From: Candidatus Latescibacterota bacterium
Lineage (GTDB): Bacteria; Latescibacterota; UBA2968; UBA8231
Assembly: GCA_965261395.1 (NCBI GenBank)
Contig: OZ253462.1
Span: forward strand, 2,912,001 to 2,976,000
Direction: 5' to 3'
Length of the DNA: 64,000 bases
Positions 1 to 11,700 of the stretch are shown piece by piece (positions within the stretch are counted from its first letter, which is position 1; the number at the start of each line of letters is the position of its first letter). The notes beneath the pieces were generated by a model, which was given only the letters and a program-made list of their open reading frames with translations, was not told the DNA's origin and searched no databases. The position numbers were made by a program, and so were the translations under genes.

Positions 1-128
1 ATAAGGCACCTTTTTGGACCCTCTGTCAAGGCGCTGAGCGCATGCAAGGGTCAGGTAAGATTCAACGAGTGGGCAGGGGCTGTGGGGGAGGGGAATGACC
101 GTTATTGGGATTTCGTAAATAGCTTCTG

Positions 129-1520
129 TCACAGCGACTGCAAAAAGGCCACGAGCGCGTCCCGATCGTTGCGGTCTAGTTGGCGCACAAATTCCCGCGC
201 TGTTTCCGCCTCGCCGCCGTGGAACATGATGGCTTCCATCAGCGTGCGCGCCCGTCCATCGTGCAGATACGCTGGAATGCCATTGACCGTTGCCGTCAGG
301 CCAATGCCCCACAGCGGCGGCGTGCGCCATTCGCGGCCATCGGCCTCAAAGTCGGGACGGTCGTCGGCCAACTCTTCTCCCATGTCGTGCAGCAGCAGAT
401 CCGTGTAGGGATGAATGGTCTGCTTGGCTAGGGCCGCAATCTCGTGGTGGCCCGTCCGCAAGGTGGGGATATGGCACCCCGAGCATTGGGCCGTCGCAAA
501 GAGTTCTTCGCCGCGCAACGCCTGCGGATCGTCGATGTTGCGGCGGGCGGGCACCGCTAGGGTGCGCACGTAAAAGGTGTTGATATCCAGCGTCTCCTGG
601 CCGATTTCAGGGTCGTCTTGGTGGCTGTCTATTTGCGGCTGGTCGGCGGTGGATTCCTCGGGGAAATAAGGGCTGGTGATGCCCATGTCTTGGTGGTAGG
701 CCCCGGCGACCTGCTGCAACAGGTCGGGATTGTTGGCCTTGAGGCCAAAGCGGCCCAATTCGGTCTGTTGCGTGCGGAAGTTGTACACCCGGTTGGGACG
801 GCCGGATATGCCGTCGCCATTGCTGTCACCGGGGTCGGCCAGCGCCAGAATAGCCTCTTCGGGGATGGCTTCGAGTAGGCCGCGGCCAAAAACCGGCGGG
901 GCCATGCGCGGCGAGAACAGGGCGTCCGCCGGCAGTGGTTGATAGGCTTCCACTATGTCGTAAACCGGAAAGCGCAAAGAGTACGCTGCACCGTCGGCAA
1001 AATGGCGGGTCTCCTCAAAGTAGGTGACGTCGATCCGCGCTTCGGGTGCGACCCCGAAAACGGCGCGATCCCCAATCTGTTCGCCAAAGCCCGGCACCGG
1101 CTGCGGTCCCCCAGGCACTGCGGGATTGGTGCCGGGCAGGCTGACCCGCATGAGCATGGAGCCGATAAAAGGGGAGACATCGCCAAACCCTTCGCGCCCC
1201 CGGCCATCGCGGGCGTGACAGCCGACGCACGAGGTTTGATTAAAAACCGGTCCTAGGCCATGCCCCACTGCGGCTGGCGCGGTGACAAAGACCTGTTCAA
1301 AGGTCGCGTCCCCGGCCAAGAAGCGGTCCAGTTCCATCCCGTTCAAAGAGGGGATGGGGTTTTCAAACGCCAGACTGCTGGCGTCAAAGACCGTCGCCGC
1401 CCCGCCGGATAGTGCGCGGTCGTCCTCCACGGGAGTCGGTCCTAACCCACGGTCGTCGCCGCACTGGGTGAGCGTAGCTAGAAGGCCCATGTAGAGTATG
1501 GACTTACAGGTAATGATCAT
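129..1520 (-). CDS. Di-haem oxidoreductase (DHOR) family lipoprotein
   Basis: Two CxxCH motifs (CVGCH, CSGCH), WRTPPLWGIG and YLHDGRARTL motifs; downstream of imelysin gene. Confidence 0.9.
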   Translation of the reverse strand: MIITCKSILYMGLLATLTQCGDDRGLGPTPVEDDRALSGGAATVFDASSLAFENPIPSLNGMELDRFLAGDATFEQVFVTAPAAVGHGLGPVFNQTSCVGCHARDGRGREGFGDVSPFIGSMLMRVSLPGTNPAVPGGPQPVPGFGEQIGDRAVFGVAPEARIDVTYFEETRHFADGAAYSLRFPVYDIVEAYQPLPADALFSPRMAPPVFGRGLLEAIPEEAILALADPGDSNGDGISGRPNRVYNFRTQQTELGRFGLKANNPDLLQQVAGAYHQDMGITSPYFPEESTADQPQIDSHQDDPEIGQETLDINTFYVRTLAVPARRNIDDPQALRGEELFATAQCSGCHIPTLRTGHHEIAALAKQTIHPYTDLLLHDMGEELADDRPDFEADGREWRTPPLWGIGLTATVNGIPAYLHDGRARTLMEAIMFHGGEAETAREFVRQLDRNDRDALVAFLQSL

Positions 1521-1534
1521 TGCGAGCAGTGAAT

Positions 1535-2611
1535 TTAATTACCTAAAACCAGCGGCAGGATATCTTTCTCCAAGGTTTGCTGGACTTTGGCCACTGCGGC
1601 CTGTGCCTTTTCGATTTGGTCCCGATCCGAGGCAATGGCGTCGCGGAAGGGCTGCTGGATGCGGCCGATCTCGGCGATGGCCGTCTGGATTTCCCGTTTG
1701 AGCCGCTGATCTAGGTCGGCGTCGGCTTGGCGGATGAATTCGTCCAAGCCCTCGCCGGTGCCCGCGTAGTCGCCGGTATAGACGTGCTGGACGCTGCGGA
1801 GGTTGTTCTGGAAGTCGGCGATGGAATTGAAGCTGAATTGGGATTCGACGAGGCGGGGATCGTTCTCGACGAAGGGGTCGGCGATTTTGCCGTTGGCCAC
1901 TTCGTCGCAGATGCCGATCATGCCGTTGACCATTTCCTGGACTGCCGACTGGGCGGACGGATACGCGTCGCTGCCATTGCCGGCGTCGCGGACCTTTTGG
2001 CCAAAGTTGCCGCCGCTGGGGATCCAGCTATTGTGCAGGGCACTGGCCGTGGCCCACAGATCTTGGGTCGTGGCGATCAGATAGGCGAACTCACGCTCGG
2101 TGAAGTCGGCCGTGGTCTTGCTGCCTCCTTCGTCAAAGAGCAGGTACTCGATGGTGTGGAAGCCCTTGAGGGTTCCGTCTAGCCCGCCCACGTACGCGGT
2201 CGTCAAGTCGTTGTCGCTGGCCAACACTCCGTCCAAGTCCGTGCGGTTGACCGGCCAACTGTCGAGCGACGGATCGTAGCCGTTGAAGTCCACCGGCCCA
2301 AAGAGAAATCCCTCGCTGGCTTCCCAGGGGATGCGCGTGGCCACCCAAGCGTCCCGGGCAGCACGGAGGTTTGCAGCCGTAGGATCGCCGCGCAGGGCCT
2401 CGATCGCGGCGAGCAGGTCGCTGGCCCGCTCGTCTAAGTCCGCGTACGTGGCAATGACGACGTTGTCGGTGAAGTTGCTCAAGATGGGCGCAAAGTCGAA
2501 CTCGGCCGCGGCTGGCCCGGTGGGCGCGTCGCTGTCGTCGCCGCAGCCGGCAATTAGCAGCAGGCTGCAAGCGGCTAGTCCGATCCCCAATCGCAAGAAC
2601 ATGGCTTTCAT
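1535..2611 (-). CDS. Imelysin-family iron-regulated lipoprotein
   Basis: Lipobox IAGC, DSWP and KGFHTIEYLLF (GxHxxE) motifs; start at MKAMF with AAGGAG RBS. Confidence 0.9.
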   Translation of the reverse strand: MKAMFLRLGIGLAACSLLLIAGCGDDSDAPTGPAAAEFDFAPILSNFTDNVVIATYADLDERASDLLAAIEALRGDPTAANLRAARDAWVATRIPWEASEGFLFGPVDFNGYDPSLDSWPVNRTDLDGVLASDNDLTTAYVGGLDGTLKGFHTIEYLLFDEGGSKTTADFTEREFAYLIATTQDLWATASALHNSWIPSGGNFGQKVRDAGNGSDAYPSAQSAVQEMVNGMIGICDEVANGKIADPFVENDPRLVESQFSFNSIADFQNNLRSVQHVYTGDYAGTGEGLDEFIRQADADLDQRLKREIQTAIAEIGRIQQPFRDAIASDRDQIEKAQAAVAKVQQTLEKDILPLVLGN

Positions 2612-2697
2612 AAGGGTAGCTCCTTTTCGTCCGAATTGAAATCCAGCGCACAGGCGACTTCCACTAGTGCCTGGTTTCACAGTGGATGGCTCTTTTT

Positions 2698-3954
2698 TTA
2701 GAACTGAAACCCCAGCCCCAGGCTCAGGGTGTTTTCAGGGTTAAAGCGGGCGGCACCGAGTCGCCGCATGGCGTAATCGGCCTTGAGCACCACGGTATCT
2801 TCCATGTTGTAGTTTGCGCCCAGGGTATAGACCCGGCGCGCAAAGCGCGGATTGTCAAAGGTTTGGTCCGGGACCGCAGCCATACTGTCGTACGAGTCTA
2901 AGCGGATGAACAGGTCCAAGCGGTCGGGCGAGGGAGCGGCCAGCCAAGGCAGTACGTCGTAGCCGACCTCGGCCCAGGCCGCGTACGCCGCCTGGGCCAC
3001 TGGCGAGCGCAAGACATTGAGATTGTTCGACAGGGTGCGGTTGCGGGCGCTGACGAGGGCGGCATTTTGCAGGTGCCCATAGAGGTATAGCCCGCGCGCG
3101 CGGACCCGCCCCCAGTCGAAGCTGCCGTGTACATCGACGATGGAGACGTGCGCGTCAATTCCTTCCATATCGGGCTTGGGGCGGTTGTCGGCGCTGTCGC
3201 CGCGATAGCCAGAAATACCCAGCGCACAGTGCGGCGCGAACTGATAATCGAGGCGGGCGACCCAAGCCATATTGGTCGCCTGAATCGTCTCAAAGCGCTT
3301 TTGGTGGCCGCCGACAATCCAGTTTTGCGAGCTGAAACCGGTCGCGTCCAAGCCGTTGACTAGCTGTAGCTGGTAGCGCCAGTCCCGGTAGGCTCCGGAG
3401 ACTTCCACGCCGGTCTCGTGCCAGAGGGCCGGGATGATGGAAGTCTCGGCTTCCGAGCGCCGAGTGCCGAAGAAATCGGCGGGATGGAAATGATCGCTCA
3501 AGTGGCCCACGGCGACGTAGAAATGCCCCAAGCGGACGCGGAAGGCATCGCTGAAGGTCCGCTCGACGGCCAGCTCCTCGACTATGACTTCGCCGCCTTT
3601 TTCGATTTCCTGCTCGAACTCGCCGAATTCCTCAAACTCCAATTCCAGCGCGGCACCAGCACCGCCGTGCTCAAATTCCACCTCGGCTGCCAACTCCGTA
3701 TCTTTGAGCAACTCGACTTCCAGTTCGAGCGCGAGGCGGGTGATGTCGATGATGGCGCGGCTGTCCGGGGGGGAACCATTGGGGCCGCTTTTTTGGTCGG
3801 GGCCGAAATCGAAGTGGGAATAGAGCAGTTCGCCGTAGCCTTCTAGATGGAAGGACAGCCTTGCAGACGCATTCGCACCTTGCACGGGCAGGAAGGCAAG
3901 GAGGATAAATAGCTGAAAAATATGGATATAAGACTTATTGGGTACGCGTCGCAT
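2698..3954 (-). CDS. Outer-membrane beta-barrel/porin associated with imelysin operon
   Basis: Signal peptide, EVEFEHGG motif, C-terminal LGLGFQF aromatic end. Confidence 0.75.
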   Translation of the reverse strand: MRRVPNKSYIHIFQLFILLAFLPVQGANASARLSFHLEGYGELLYSHFDFGPDQKSGPNGSPPDSRAIIDITRLALELEVELLKDTELAAEVEFEHGGAGAALELEFEEFGEFEQEIEKGGEVIVEELAVERTFSDAFRVRLGHFYVAVGHLSDHFHPADFFGTRRSEAETSIIPALWHETGVEVSGAYRDWRYQLQLVNGLDATGFSSQNWIVGGHQKRFETIQATNMAWVARLDYQFAPHCALGISGYRGDSADNRPKPDMEGIDAHVSIVDVHGSFDWGRVRARGLYLYGHLQNAALVSARNRTLSNNLNVLRSPVAQAAYAAWAEVGYDVLPWLAAPSPDRLDLFIRLDSYDSMAAVPDQTFDNPRFARRVYTLGANYNMEDTVVLKADYAMRRLGAARFNPENTLSLGLGFQF

Positions 3955-4048
3955 GGGTCGGATGAGGAATCATCGTATCGCTATTACATAGTTTCTGCAA
4001 ACAGAACCAATGTTTATTTTAACGCCTTTTTGTTTTATATACCAAACA

Positions 4049-4077
4049 AAAGTATGAGTAGTATTCCTATTAGTCAA
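4049..4077 (-). promoter_or_regulatory. Putative sigma70 promoter (TTGACT-17-TACTTT) with Fur-box-like sequence between the hexamers
   Basis: AT-rich intergenic region upstream of an iron-uptake operon; TGAGTAG-T-ATTCCTA partly matches the 7-1-7 Fur consensus. Confidence 0.35.
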
Positions 4078-4167
4078 GGACATTATTTCAGTTAAGTCGC
4101 TCAACTCGCAGGGCTTTTTTGCACTCAACTTCGCAGTATATTTATTGGTCTTGGATTGGAAAAAGCT

Positions 4168-6768
4168 ATGGGATTTGTAGAAACATTTGCCGACTCGCTA
4201 AAAGAGATGCCCCCCGCGCCGATGGGGGAGGCTCTGCGGCCGCTGTGGCACGAGGCCCTCGCGGACATCAAAGCCGAGCACGAGGCCGGAGCCGACGGGC
4301 AGGTCGTGGCCCGGCGGATCACCGAGGCCATGGACGCCGTGGTACTGTCTATCTACCAAAGCGCCATGCCCCAAACGTCCGGCCCCCACGCGCTGGTGGC
4401 GCTGGGTGGATACGGCCGCTGCGAAATGGCGCCGCATTCCGATGTTGACTTGCTGTTCCTGTTCGCCAAGAGCCAAGACAAGGTCCCCGAAGTTGTCGCT
4501 GGCGTATTCAATCCGCTCTGGGACTTGGGGTTTGAGGTAGGGCATAGCAGTCGCACGTTGGACGAGGTGGTCCGGGCGGTGCGCGAAGATTTGGAATCGC
4601 GCACCGCGATGATGGATGGCCGCCTGCTGGCCGGCGACGCCGCGCTTTTCGCCCAGTTCCAACAGCGGCTCTACAAGCGCGTGCCCAAGCGCACGATCAC
4701 CGAGCTGAATCGGCTGCGCCAGCAGCAGCTCGAAGCGCGGCAATCGGTCCAGCTTTTGGAGCCGAATGTCAAGGAAAGCCCCGGGGGTCTGCGCGAGATA
4801 CAGATGTTCGAGTGGGCGCTCAAGGCCAAGGCCAAAGCGCCCGAGTGCGGCGATTTGTGCGTGCAGTATCTCGATGGCGGCAGTGAGAGTCTCGCCAAGA
4901 GCCGCGCCTTCCTCTGGCGAGTGCGGCACGCGCTCCACTTTGCCGTGGGCCGCAAGCGCGATGTGCTAGAGCACGATATCAAGCCGCAGATCGCGGCCGC
5001 CTTGGGCTATGAGGACCAGGGACACGAGTTGGCGGCCGAGTGCTTTATGCGCGATTACTACCTCCATGCGCGGACTGTGTACCATCTAGTAGAGCGGGCC
5101 TTCCAGCGGTTGACGCGCAAGCCGCGCAACAGCAGCCGCAGCATGTATATAGAGCGCGGCGTAGCTGCGGTGGAAGGGGAGATCGTCCTCACCGATGACG
5201 AGGCGTACTTTGCCGCCGACCCCCTGCGCCTGCTAAAGATTTTCCTCACGGCTCAGACCAAGAACTTGAAGCTGAGCGATCAGGTGCAGTGTGCGGTGCG
5301 CGCCAATCTGCCGCTGATCGACGACGAATTCAGACGCCTGCCGGCGGCCCGCGACTTGTTCTTCAAAATACTCAAGCGCAAATACCGCACGGCGCTAACG
5401 CTCCGGCGCATGCACGACCTAGGAGTCTTGGGCGCGTATTTGCCCGAGTTCGGGCGGTTGACCTGCTTGGTCCAGTACGACATTTACCACATCTACACGG
5501 TCGATGAGCACACGCTGGTCGCGCTGGAAAACTTGGAAGCCCTCGGTCAGAAGGAGGGGAGCATGTCGGCGATCCTCGCCCAATGCACGCGCCGCGATCT
5601 GCTGTTCTTCGCCGTGCTCTTGCACGACGTGGGCAAGTGGAAGCGCAACGATCATATCGCGCGCGGCATTGAGATGACCGAGGAGTTGAGCGAGCGAATG
5701 GGGCTGGACCAAGAGGAGCGGTCCATGCTGCGCTTCCTCGTGAAGCACCACCAAGACATGGTGCTGATTTCCAGGCGGCGCAATCTCGACGACTACGAGA
5801 TGATCGCCGAGTTCGCCGGTTTGTTCGCCAGCGAGGAATGGCTGCGCGCGCTCTACTTGGTTTCGTACGCCGACCTGTCGGCCGTTGCACCCGATGTGTG
5901 GACCGACTGGCAAGGGGCCTTGCTGTGGGAATTGTACTACAAGACGGCCGAGCAATTGCACTCGGACATGCAGGCTTTAGAGGCCAAACAACGCGCTCGC
6001 CAGAAGCTCAACGAGCACCTCGATCACATCGAGGGCCGCTGGTCGGCCCAGCGGGTCGTCCAGTTCCAAGAGCACATTGAGCAGTTATCCCCCAGCTACT
6101 TGGTGGCCTACAACCGCGAGCAAATCAAGGTGCATCTGGAGATGATCGCCCGCCTGGGCCGCGAGCAGCCTTTTGTCTTGGAATTCATCGAGCACGAAGG
6201 GCACACCGAGGTCGTCGTCTGCACCCGCGACCAGCGCCAGATCATCGCCAAGATCTGCGGCGCTTTGGCCGTCAACGACATCAACATCCTCCGCGCGGAT
6301 GTCAATACCCGCGCCGACGATGTCGTGCTCGACATTTTCCAAGTGACCGACATCGACGACAGCCCGGTGCTGCCCGACTGGAAGAAGGAGCGCATGCGCG
6401 AGCGGGTGGCCGAGGTCATTTCGCTACAGCTAAAGGCCCGCGACTTGATAGCGCGCTACAGCAGCAGTTGGGATCGCCGCCGTCGGCAGCGGCAGTACGA
6501 CCAGCCGCCTCGCATTGCGTTCGACAATCAGATTTCGGCCCGCTACACAGTCGTCGATATCGAAGCCCAAGACACCGTGGGTCTGCTCTACAGAATCGCG
6601 TACCTGTTGGACGAGTTGGATCTCAACATCCACCGCGCCATTATCAACACGGTGGCGGCGCGGGCGCAAGACGCCTTCTACATCGTCGATGCCGAGGGGC
6701 AGAAGATCGCCAGCTACGAAGAGCTCGACCGGATAGAGCAGTACCTGCTCGACGGGCTGGCGTCTTGA
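4168..6768 (+). CDS. glnD: [Protein-PII] uridylyltransferase/uridylyl-removing enzyme
   Basis: ALGGYGR..PHSDVDL NTase motif, EPNVKESPGGLR, YHIYTVDEH, LLHDVGK HD domain, two ACT domains. Confidence 0.97.
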   Translation: MGFVETFADSLKEMPPAPMGEALRPLWHEALADIKAEHEAGADGQVVARRITEAMDAVVLSIYQSAMPQTSGPHALVALGGYGRCEMAPHSDVDLLFLFAKSQDKVPEVVAGVFNPLWDLGFEVGHSSRTLDEVVRAVREDLESRTAMMDGRLLAGDAALFAQFQQRLYKRVPKRTITELNRLRQQQLEARQSVQLLEPNVKESPGGLREIQMFEWALKAKAKAPECGDLCVQYLDGGSESLAKSRAFLWRVRHALHFAVGRKRDVLEHDIKPQIAAALGYEDQGHELAAECFMRDYYLHARTVYHLVERAFQRLTRKPRNSSRSMYIERGVAAVEGEIVLTDDEAYFAADPLRLLKIFLTAQTKNLKLSDQVQCAVRANLPLIDDEFRRLPAARDLFFKILKRKYRTALTLRRMHDLGVLGAYLPEFGRLTCLVQYDIYHIYTVDEHTLVALENLEALGQKEGSMSAILAQCTRRDLLFFAVLLHDVGKWKRNDHIARGIEMTEELSERMGLDQEERSMLRFLVKHHQDMVLISRRRNLDDYEMIAEFAGLFASEEWLRALYLVSYADLSAVAPDVWTDWQGALLWELYYKTAEQLHSDMQALEAKQRARQKLNEHLDHIEGRWSAQRVVQFQEHIEQLSPSYLVAYNREQIKVHLEMIARLGREQPFVLEFIEHEGHTEVVVCTRDQRQIIAKICGALAVNDINILRADVNTRADDVVLDIFQVTDIDDSPVLPDWKKERMRERVAEVISLQLKARDLIARYSSSWDRRRRQRQYDQPPRIAFDNQISARYTVVDIEAQDTVGLLYRIAYLLDELDLNIHRAIINTVAARAQDAFYIVDAEGQKIASYEELDRIEQYLLDGLAS

Positions 6769-6791
6769 GCTACCTCGTTGGTGAGAGCTAA

Positions 6792-7543
6792 ACCCGTGCC
6801 CGACGAAGACCCGGCAGACCTGATCCGAGAGGTGGAGGAATGACACAAGTTACCGACGAGCTCCTCGACCAGATGGTCCAGGCCATTGTCGAAGAGGTTG
6901 ATCCCGAACAGGTGATCCTCTTCGGCTCTCGCGCTCGCGGCGACGCGCGGGAAGATTCGGATGTCGATCTGGTGGTGGTGGTGGCCGAGCCGTTTGGACA
7001 AGACCGGAGCCGGTACCAAGAGGCGGTCCGACTGTACAAGGTGCTCGCCGGATCGGGCGTTTCAAAGGACATCCTCGTTTATAGCCGCGACGACGTCGAG
7101 TACTGGCGCGACTCCCTCAACCACGTCTTGGCGCGGGCGTTGCGGGAGGGGAGGGTGCTCTATGAGCGACCTTAAATGTGTGCGCGTGCTGTTGGCCGCC
7201 GCAGACCGCGACATCGAGATACTGCAACTCATGCACGATTCCACCGGCGGCCCCGATGAGATTTTCGGCTTCCACGCGCAACAAGCCGCCGAGAAGTCGC
7301 TCAAGGCGTGGCTTGCTCTCCTTGGAGAGGTGTACCCGTTGACGCATGATCTCGATGCCCTCATCGAGAGGCTCTCCGGGAGAAATGCCGATGTAGGCAG
7401 GTATCGGGGGTTGACGGTCTACAGTGCATTCGCCGTTCAGTTTCGATACGAGGGAATGACCGAGGGGATCTCCATTGATCGCGAACACGCTCTGCATCTT
7501 GTGAGTGCCCTTCTGCAACAGGTCCGGCGGATGGCGGAGGTGG
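6792..7543 (+). repeat. ~750 bp near-identical direct repeat, copy 1 (copy 2 at 14264-15015): hsdM-like tail + MNT + HEPN
   Basis: Copies differ by only a handful of SNPs by eye. Confidence 0.95.
6840..7175 (+). CDS. Minimal nucleotidyltransferase (MNT) antitoxin
   Basis: LFGSRARGD..DSDVDL motif. Confidence 0.9.
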   Translation: MTQVTDELLDQMVQAIVEEVDPEQVILFGSRARGDAREDSDVDLVVVVAEPFGQDRSRYQEAVRLYKVLAGSGVSKDILVYSRDDVEYWRDSLNHVLARALREGRVLYERP

Positions 7544-7551
7544 AGGAATGA
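7162..7551 (+). CDS. HEPN-domain toxin partner
   Basis: FHAQQAAEKSLKA, THDL, FRY motifs; overlaps MNT stop. Confidence 0.88.
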   Translation: MSDLKCVRVLLAAADRDIEILQLMHDSTGGPDEIFGFHAQQAAEKSLKAWLALLGEVYPLTHDLDALIERLSGRNADVGRYRGLTVYSAFAVQFRYEGMTEGISIDREHALHLVSALLQQVRRMAEVEE

Positions 7552-7883
7552 CACAAGTTACCGACGCGCTCCTCGACCGGATGGTCCAAGCCATAGTCGC
7601 TGAGGTTGGTCCCGAGCAGGTGATCCTCTTCGGGTCTCGCGCTCGTGGCGATGCACGAGAAGATTCGGATGTCGATCTCATTGTGGTGGAGGCCGAGCCG
7701 TTTGGGGAGACTCGGAGCCGACGTTTAGAGGCCGCCCGCGTTTACGAGGCGGTGGCCGGTTTCGACGCTTTGACGGACATCTTGCTTTATAGCCGCGACG
7801 AGGTCGAGCACTGGCGCGACTCAGTCAACCATGTCCTTGCCCGTGCATTACGAGAGGGAACGGTGCTATATGATCGACCTTGA
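7548..7883 (+). CDS. MNT nucleotidyltransferase (second paralogue), followed by a short HEPN stub at 7870-7910
   Basis: GSRARGD/DSDVDL motif; stub MIDLDEARALIQA resembles the HEPN N-terminus. Confidence 0.85.
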   Translation: MTQVTDALLDRMVQAIVAEVGPEQVILFGSRARGDAREDSDVDLIVVEAEPFGETRSRRLEAARVYEAVAGFDALTDILLYSRDEVEHWRDSVNHVLARALREGTVLYDRP

Positions 7884-8045
7884 TGAAGCGCGTGCGCTCA
7901 TTCAAGCTAGCCCTTTTCCGTAGATTATTCCGCATAACTCAACAGCTTCTTAAGCCTCACCTAGCGCATGTGTGTGCCTCGATACGCTCGCTCGCTAGCT
8001 GCCACTCGGAGAGTGGGTGCGGCTCTTTCTTTGGAGGGATTCACC

Positions 8046-8648
8046 ATGCACAAAGTAACCATAGCCCTTGCCACTTTCGCCGTTTTCTTGGGCTGTGAAG
8101 TAGGTAGTCCTACTTCGCCTAGCGCAGCCAAGAGTACCAAGGCTGCGGCCGAACAATGTCCGATGCCGATTTTGGGCATAGTGGGAACATGGGCGGGGCA
8201 GGGTTCTACTATCTTGGAGAACATCAACACCGCCGACACGTTGTGGATAGAGTTTGCTCCCGATCCGAACCCAGCGGGCGAACCGGGCGTAACGTATTAC
8301 GACTACACGCTGCTTTCGTACTATTCCCCGTCTGATGGGGATGATCTAATACTTGCCGAACTTGCCGACATGCTAGGGCTTACCGACTTGGGCTTGCCCA
8401 GCCTTTTAGAGGAGCGACGCGGTAAAATGGGCGTGTACTATGCGGACGGTGGTAAGTGGGCGTTCAACCATACTGTAACCTATATCCGAAGTTGGAACCT
8501 AGAAGAGTATGAAGAGTGGGGGGGGCGGTCTGAGCCGAGTTGGGGCCATGAGATAAAGATGTTTGATGGGTGGCTTGTTTTACAGAGGACGTGGTATGAC
8601 ATATGGGACGAGGACTATGAGTATGAGTATGAGCGCGTTGACGAATGA
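8046..8648 (+). CDS. Hypothetical lipoprotein
   Basis: GGAGG RBS, MHK + hydrophobic stretch + LGC lipobox. Confidence 0.65.
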   Translation: MHKVTIALATFAVFLGCEVGSPTSPSAAKSTKAAAEQCPMPILGIVGTWAGQGSTILENINTADTLWIEFAPDPNPAGEPGVTYYDYTLLSYYSPSDGDDLILAELADMLGLTDLGLPSLLEERRGKMGVYYADGGKWAFNHTVTYIRSWNLEEYEEWGGRSEPSWGHEIKMFDGWLVLQRTWYDIWDEDYEYEYERVDE

Positions 8649-8761
8649 CTGACCGCTTGCCCATACACGTTGATTCGCGGCTAAGGAACTGCTCCAAAGG
8701 ATGTAGCGGCAGGCGAAGGTGCTCTCTCACGTAGAGACGAAACCGAGGTAATTTCAGTAAT

Positions 8762-11700
8762 ATGTCCTTGAGCACAACAAAGCTGGACAACCAAGAAAAA
8801 CTCAAGCGAGAGCTACATAACGCCCCAAAAGCGTCTAAGCTTGAACATCTCGCGGCGGCTCTGATTGGTCGTCTTCTCGATGTGCCGATTGCGGTTGCCA
8901 AGTCTGGCTTTCAACATGGCGCAGATGCTGGTCCGGCTGGACAGCAAGGGCGACGATTTCGGGTGGAATGCAAGAAGTATAGTGATAACAGTAGCTTGAG
9001 TGAACGAGAGCTATTGGGGGAGATCGACCAAGCACTAGCGCGGGATGAGGCCCTTGAAGCTTGGGTGCTGGTTGCAACTTGTAGCGTTTCAGAACAGCTC
9101 CGGCAATCGCTTAATCAGCATGGAGAACGGCTAGGCGTTCCTGTCCTGATTATCGATTGGATAGATCACGAAGTGGCACCGCTTGCAGCATTGTGTGCAT
9201 TCGCTCCTGATTTGGTCGAGAAAGAATTCTCAAAGGAAGCTGGCGCGGCGGCTTGCACTCTTCAACCCATATCAGAGCAGGCAATCGAAAGGTTACGACG
9301 CGACCTGCAATCTTGGTGCTTGGGGTTTGAAGCAATACGGACACGCTCTCACGATAAGCTCAATAAGATTTGGAACTTGCCGCAAGAATCGAAGGCTGCA
9401 ATCGGACAAGACGCGGCTGGGGGCGCTCAAAATAAGAAGGTCAAACGCAGCGCAGTGCATGAGGCACTGAATGCGTGGTGGCAAAGACCGGCTCAGGATG
9501 GTGCCCCGGCTGCTGTAGTCGGATTGGAAGGGAGTGGCAAGACATGGGCGACTTTCCACTGGTTGATCGACAGTAAGGACACGCAACCAATTGTTCTGAT
9601 AACTCCATCCTCTGCGGTAGCCGCCATTGGTAATGTCTCCGAAACCATCGTGAAGCAACTCCTAGCGGATAGCCTTCACGAGATGAGCGGGATACGGAAT
9701 CGGGAGCACTGGCTCCGTCGGCTCGATTATCTGCTTAAACGTCCGGTCTGTGAAGGACCAGTCCTGACCATATTCTTCGATGGCCTGAACCAAGAGCCTT
9801 CCGTTCAATGGCTACGACTCTTGCAAGTTTTGCAAGGTGAGACGTTTGCGGAACGAGTACGGGTAATTGTCAGCACTCGCAATCATCATTTTGAAGAAAA
9901 GTTGTCGGAGCTTCGTGGCCTCTCTGTGCTAGCCAAGCGGGTTGACGTAGATCTCTATAATACAGCACCGGGGAGCGAACTCGACCAAATGCTTGAGTTC
10001 GAGAATCTCACGCAGGCCGACTTGCATCCTGATGTGATTGAGTTGGCGCGTAACCCCCGCCTTTTCAAGCTAGTAGTACGTTTCCGAGAAAGGCTGGTCG
10101 AGGCGGGTCAAATAACGGTACATCGGCTGCTTTGGGAGTATGGACGTGACACTTTCGGAGAGCGGACCGGCGAGTCGTTCAGCGAAAACGAGTGGAGGGA
10201 CTGGCTGAAAGAAATTGCTCAGAAACGTCGGAACGGTATCAAAGAATACTCAGAAAGGTCGATCGGCAAGATGGTGAATCGCCCAGACCTCACTAAAAAC
10301 GAAGTGTATGCACGGTTCAGCGACATTATTGACGGTCGGTTCGCTACACGCGATCCATCAGGCGATCTACAACTCACTCCTGCGGTTATTGCACATGCCC
10401 TCGGCGTTGCGCTTCTGAATCATCTTGATCAAGTAACTTCTCCAAAATTCGACAATTTGAATGCCGAGTTGACGAAATGGCTTGATCCCATCGCGGGTCT
10501 TGATGAACAAACGGAAATCCTGCGTGCGGCGGTGTCAATTTTGGTAGAGCAGGGATGTGCGGCAAAAGCACCCGTCCCCGGAGTGCTCGTCACGGCATGG
10601 CTACAAAGCCAGAATATACCGGACGAGCATCGCCAAGAACTTGTCGATCTTGCTCCGCAACTTCCGAATGCTCTACTCGACGCGGTTGAGCATTCGGACA
10701 GTCACGCTCACGATTCCGCTAGATTTTGGGCCGTGAACGCGCTGAGTACAATCCCGCGAGACGATAGCACAGTCCTTGATATGATTGTCAAACGATCCTG
10801 CGGCTGGCTGAGCATTGTCTCTTGGGACGGTGATAGGCAGTCGGATAGGCTTAAACGCCTGATTGGTAGCGATACCTTGGGTCCGATTACGGTCGTCGGC
10901 GTAGAACTCGAACTAGTTGATCAGTCCTCTGGCTTTCTGAAAGATGTGGTCCCGTCAATTGTCGAAGGTTTTCCATTGGCTAATGCCCTGCCGATTTTCG
11001 AGACAGCGACCGTTGCGTTGGAGGTGGAAGATAGTATCTATCGCTGGGATGGCCTGACGTGGCTCTGCTTACTCAATGAAGTTGACCCCGACGAAACGGC
11101 GACGGCTTTACGTGCCTTGTCAGAAGAAATCAGTTGCCGCCAGCCGGAACAGGGTGTACATCCGGATCTTCCGAAGCGTATCGCTGCACTGCTGCTTCGG
11201 CTGACAGGTCAGGAGGGGGACGAGGACGCCGCTGTGTCTATGGATCCCGGCATTGACCGTCCACCCACTTATGAGGAAGACTACCTTCCTCAGCCCGGCC
11301 GAAGCTGGTTTCCGCTGGAGCGGCGACATGCACAGAGCGTCCTCGCCGACACGGAACTGTCTCTGCATTCCCGCATACAGCGGACCGCAGAACTATGGCT
11401 TGATCCGAATTTTGAACCGCCAGCGAGCTTTGTTGCAGAAGTTCGCGCCGCAGCGACCCACATTGATGTTGGGAAGCTGAACCGACACAGCATACTCACC
11501 CCTGAAGATCATGACTTTGAAAGACTGGAACCGGTGCTGGCTCGATGTGCGCCGGACCTGCTTGCGGATCTAATCCGCCGCAAGATGCGGAGTATGGCTA
11601 CCTGTCCGCCGGAGTCCCGGTACCGGAGTGCTATCCATGCGACCGGGTATCTGGTGCTAGCAGGCGAGGATGAGGCGGTGGCAGCGAGAGCGTTACGGCT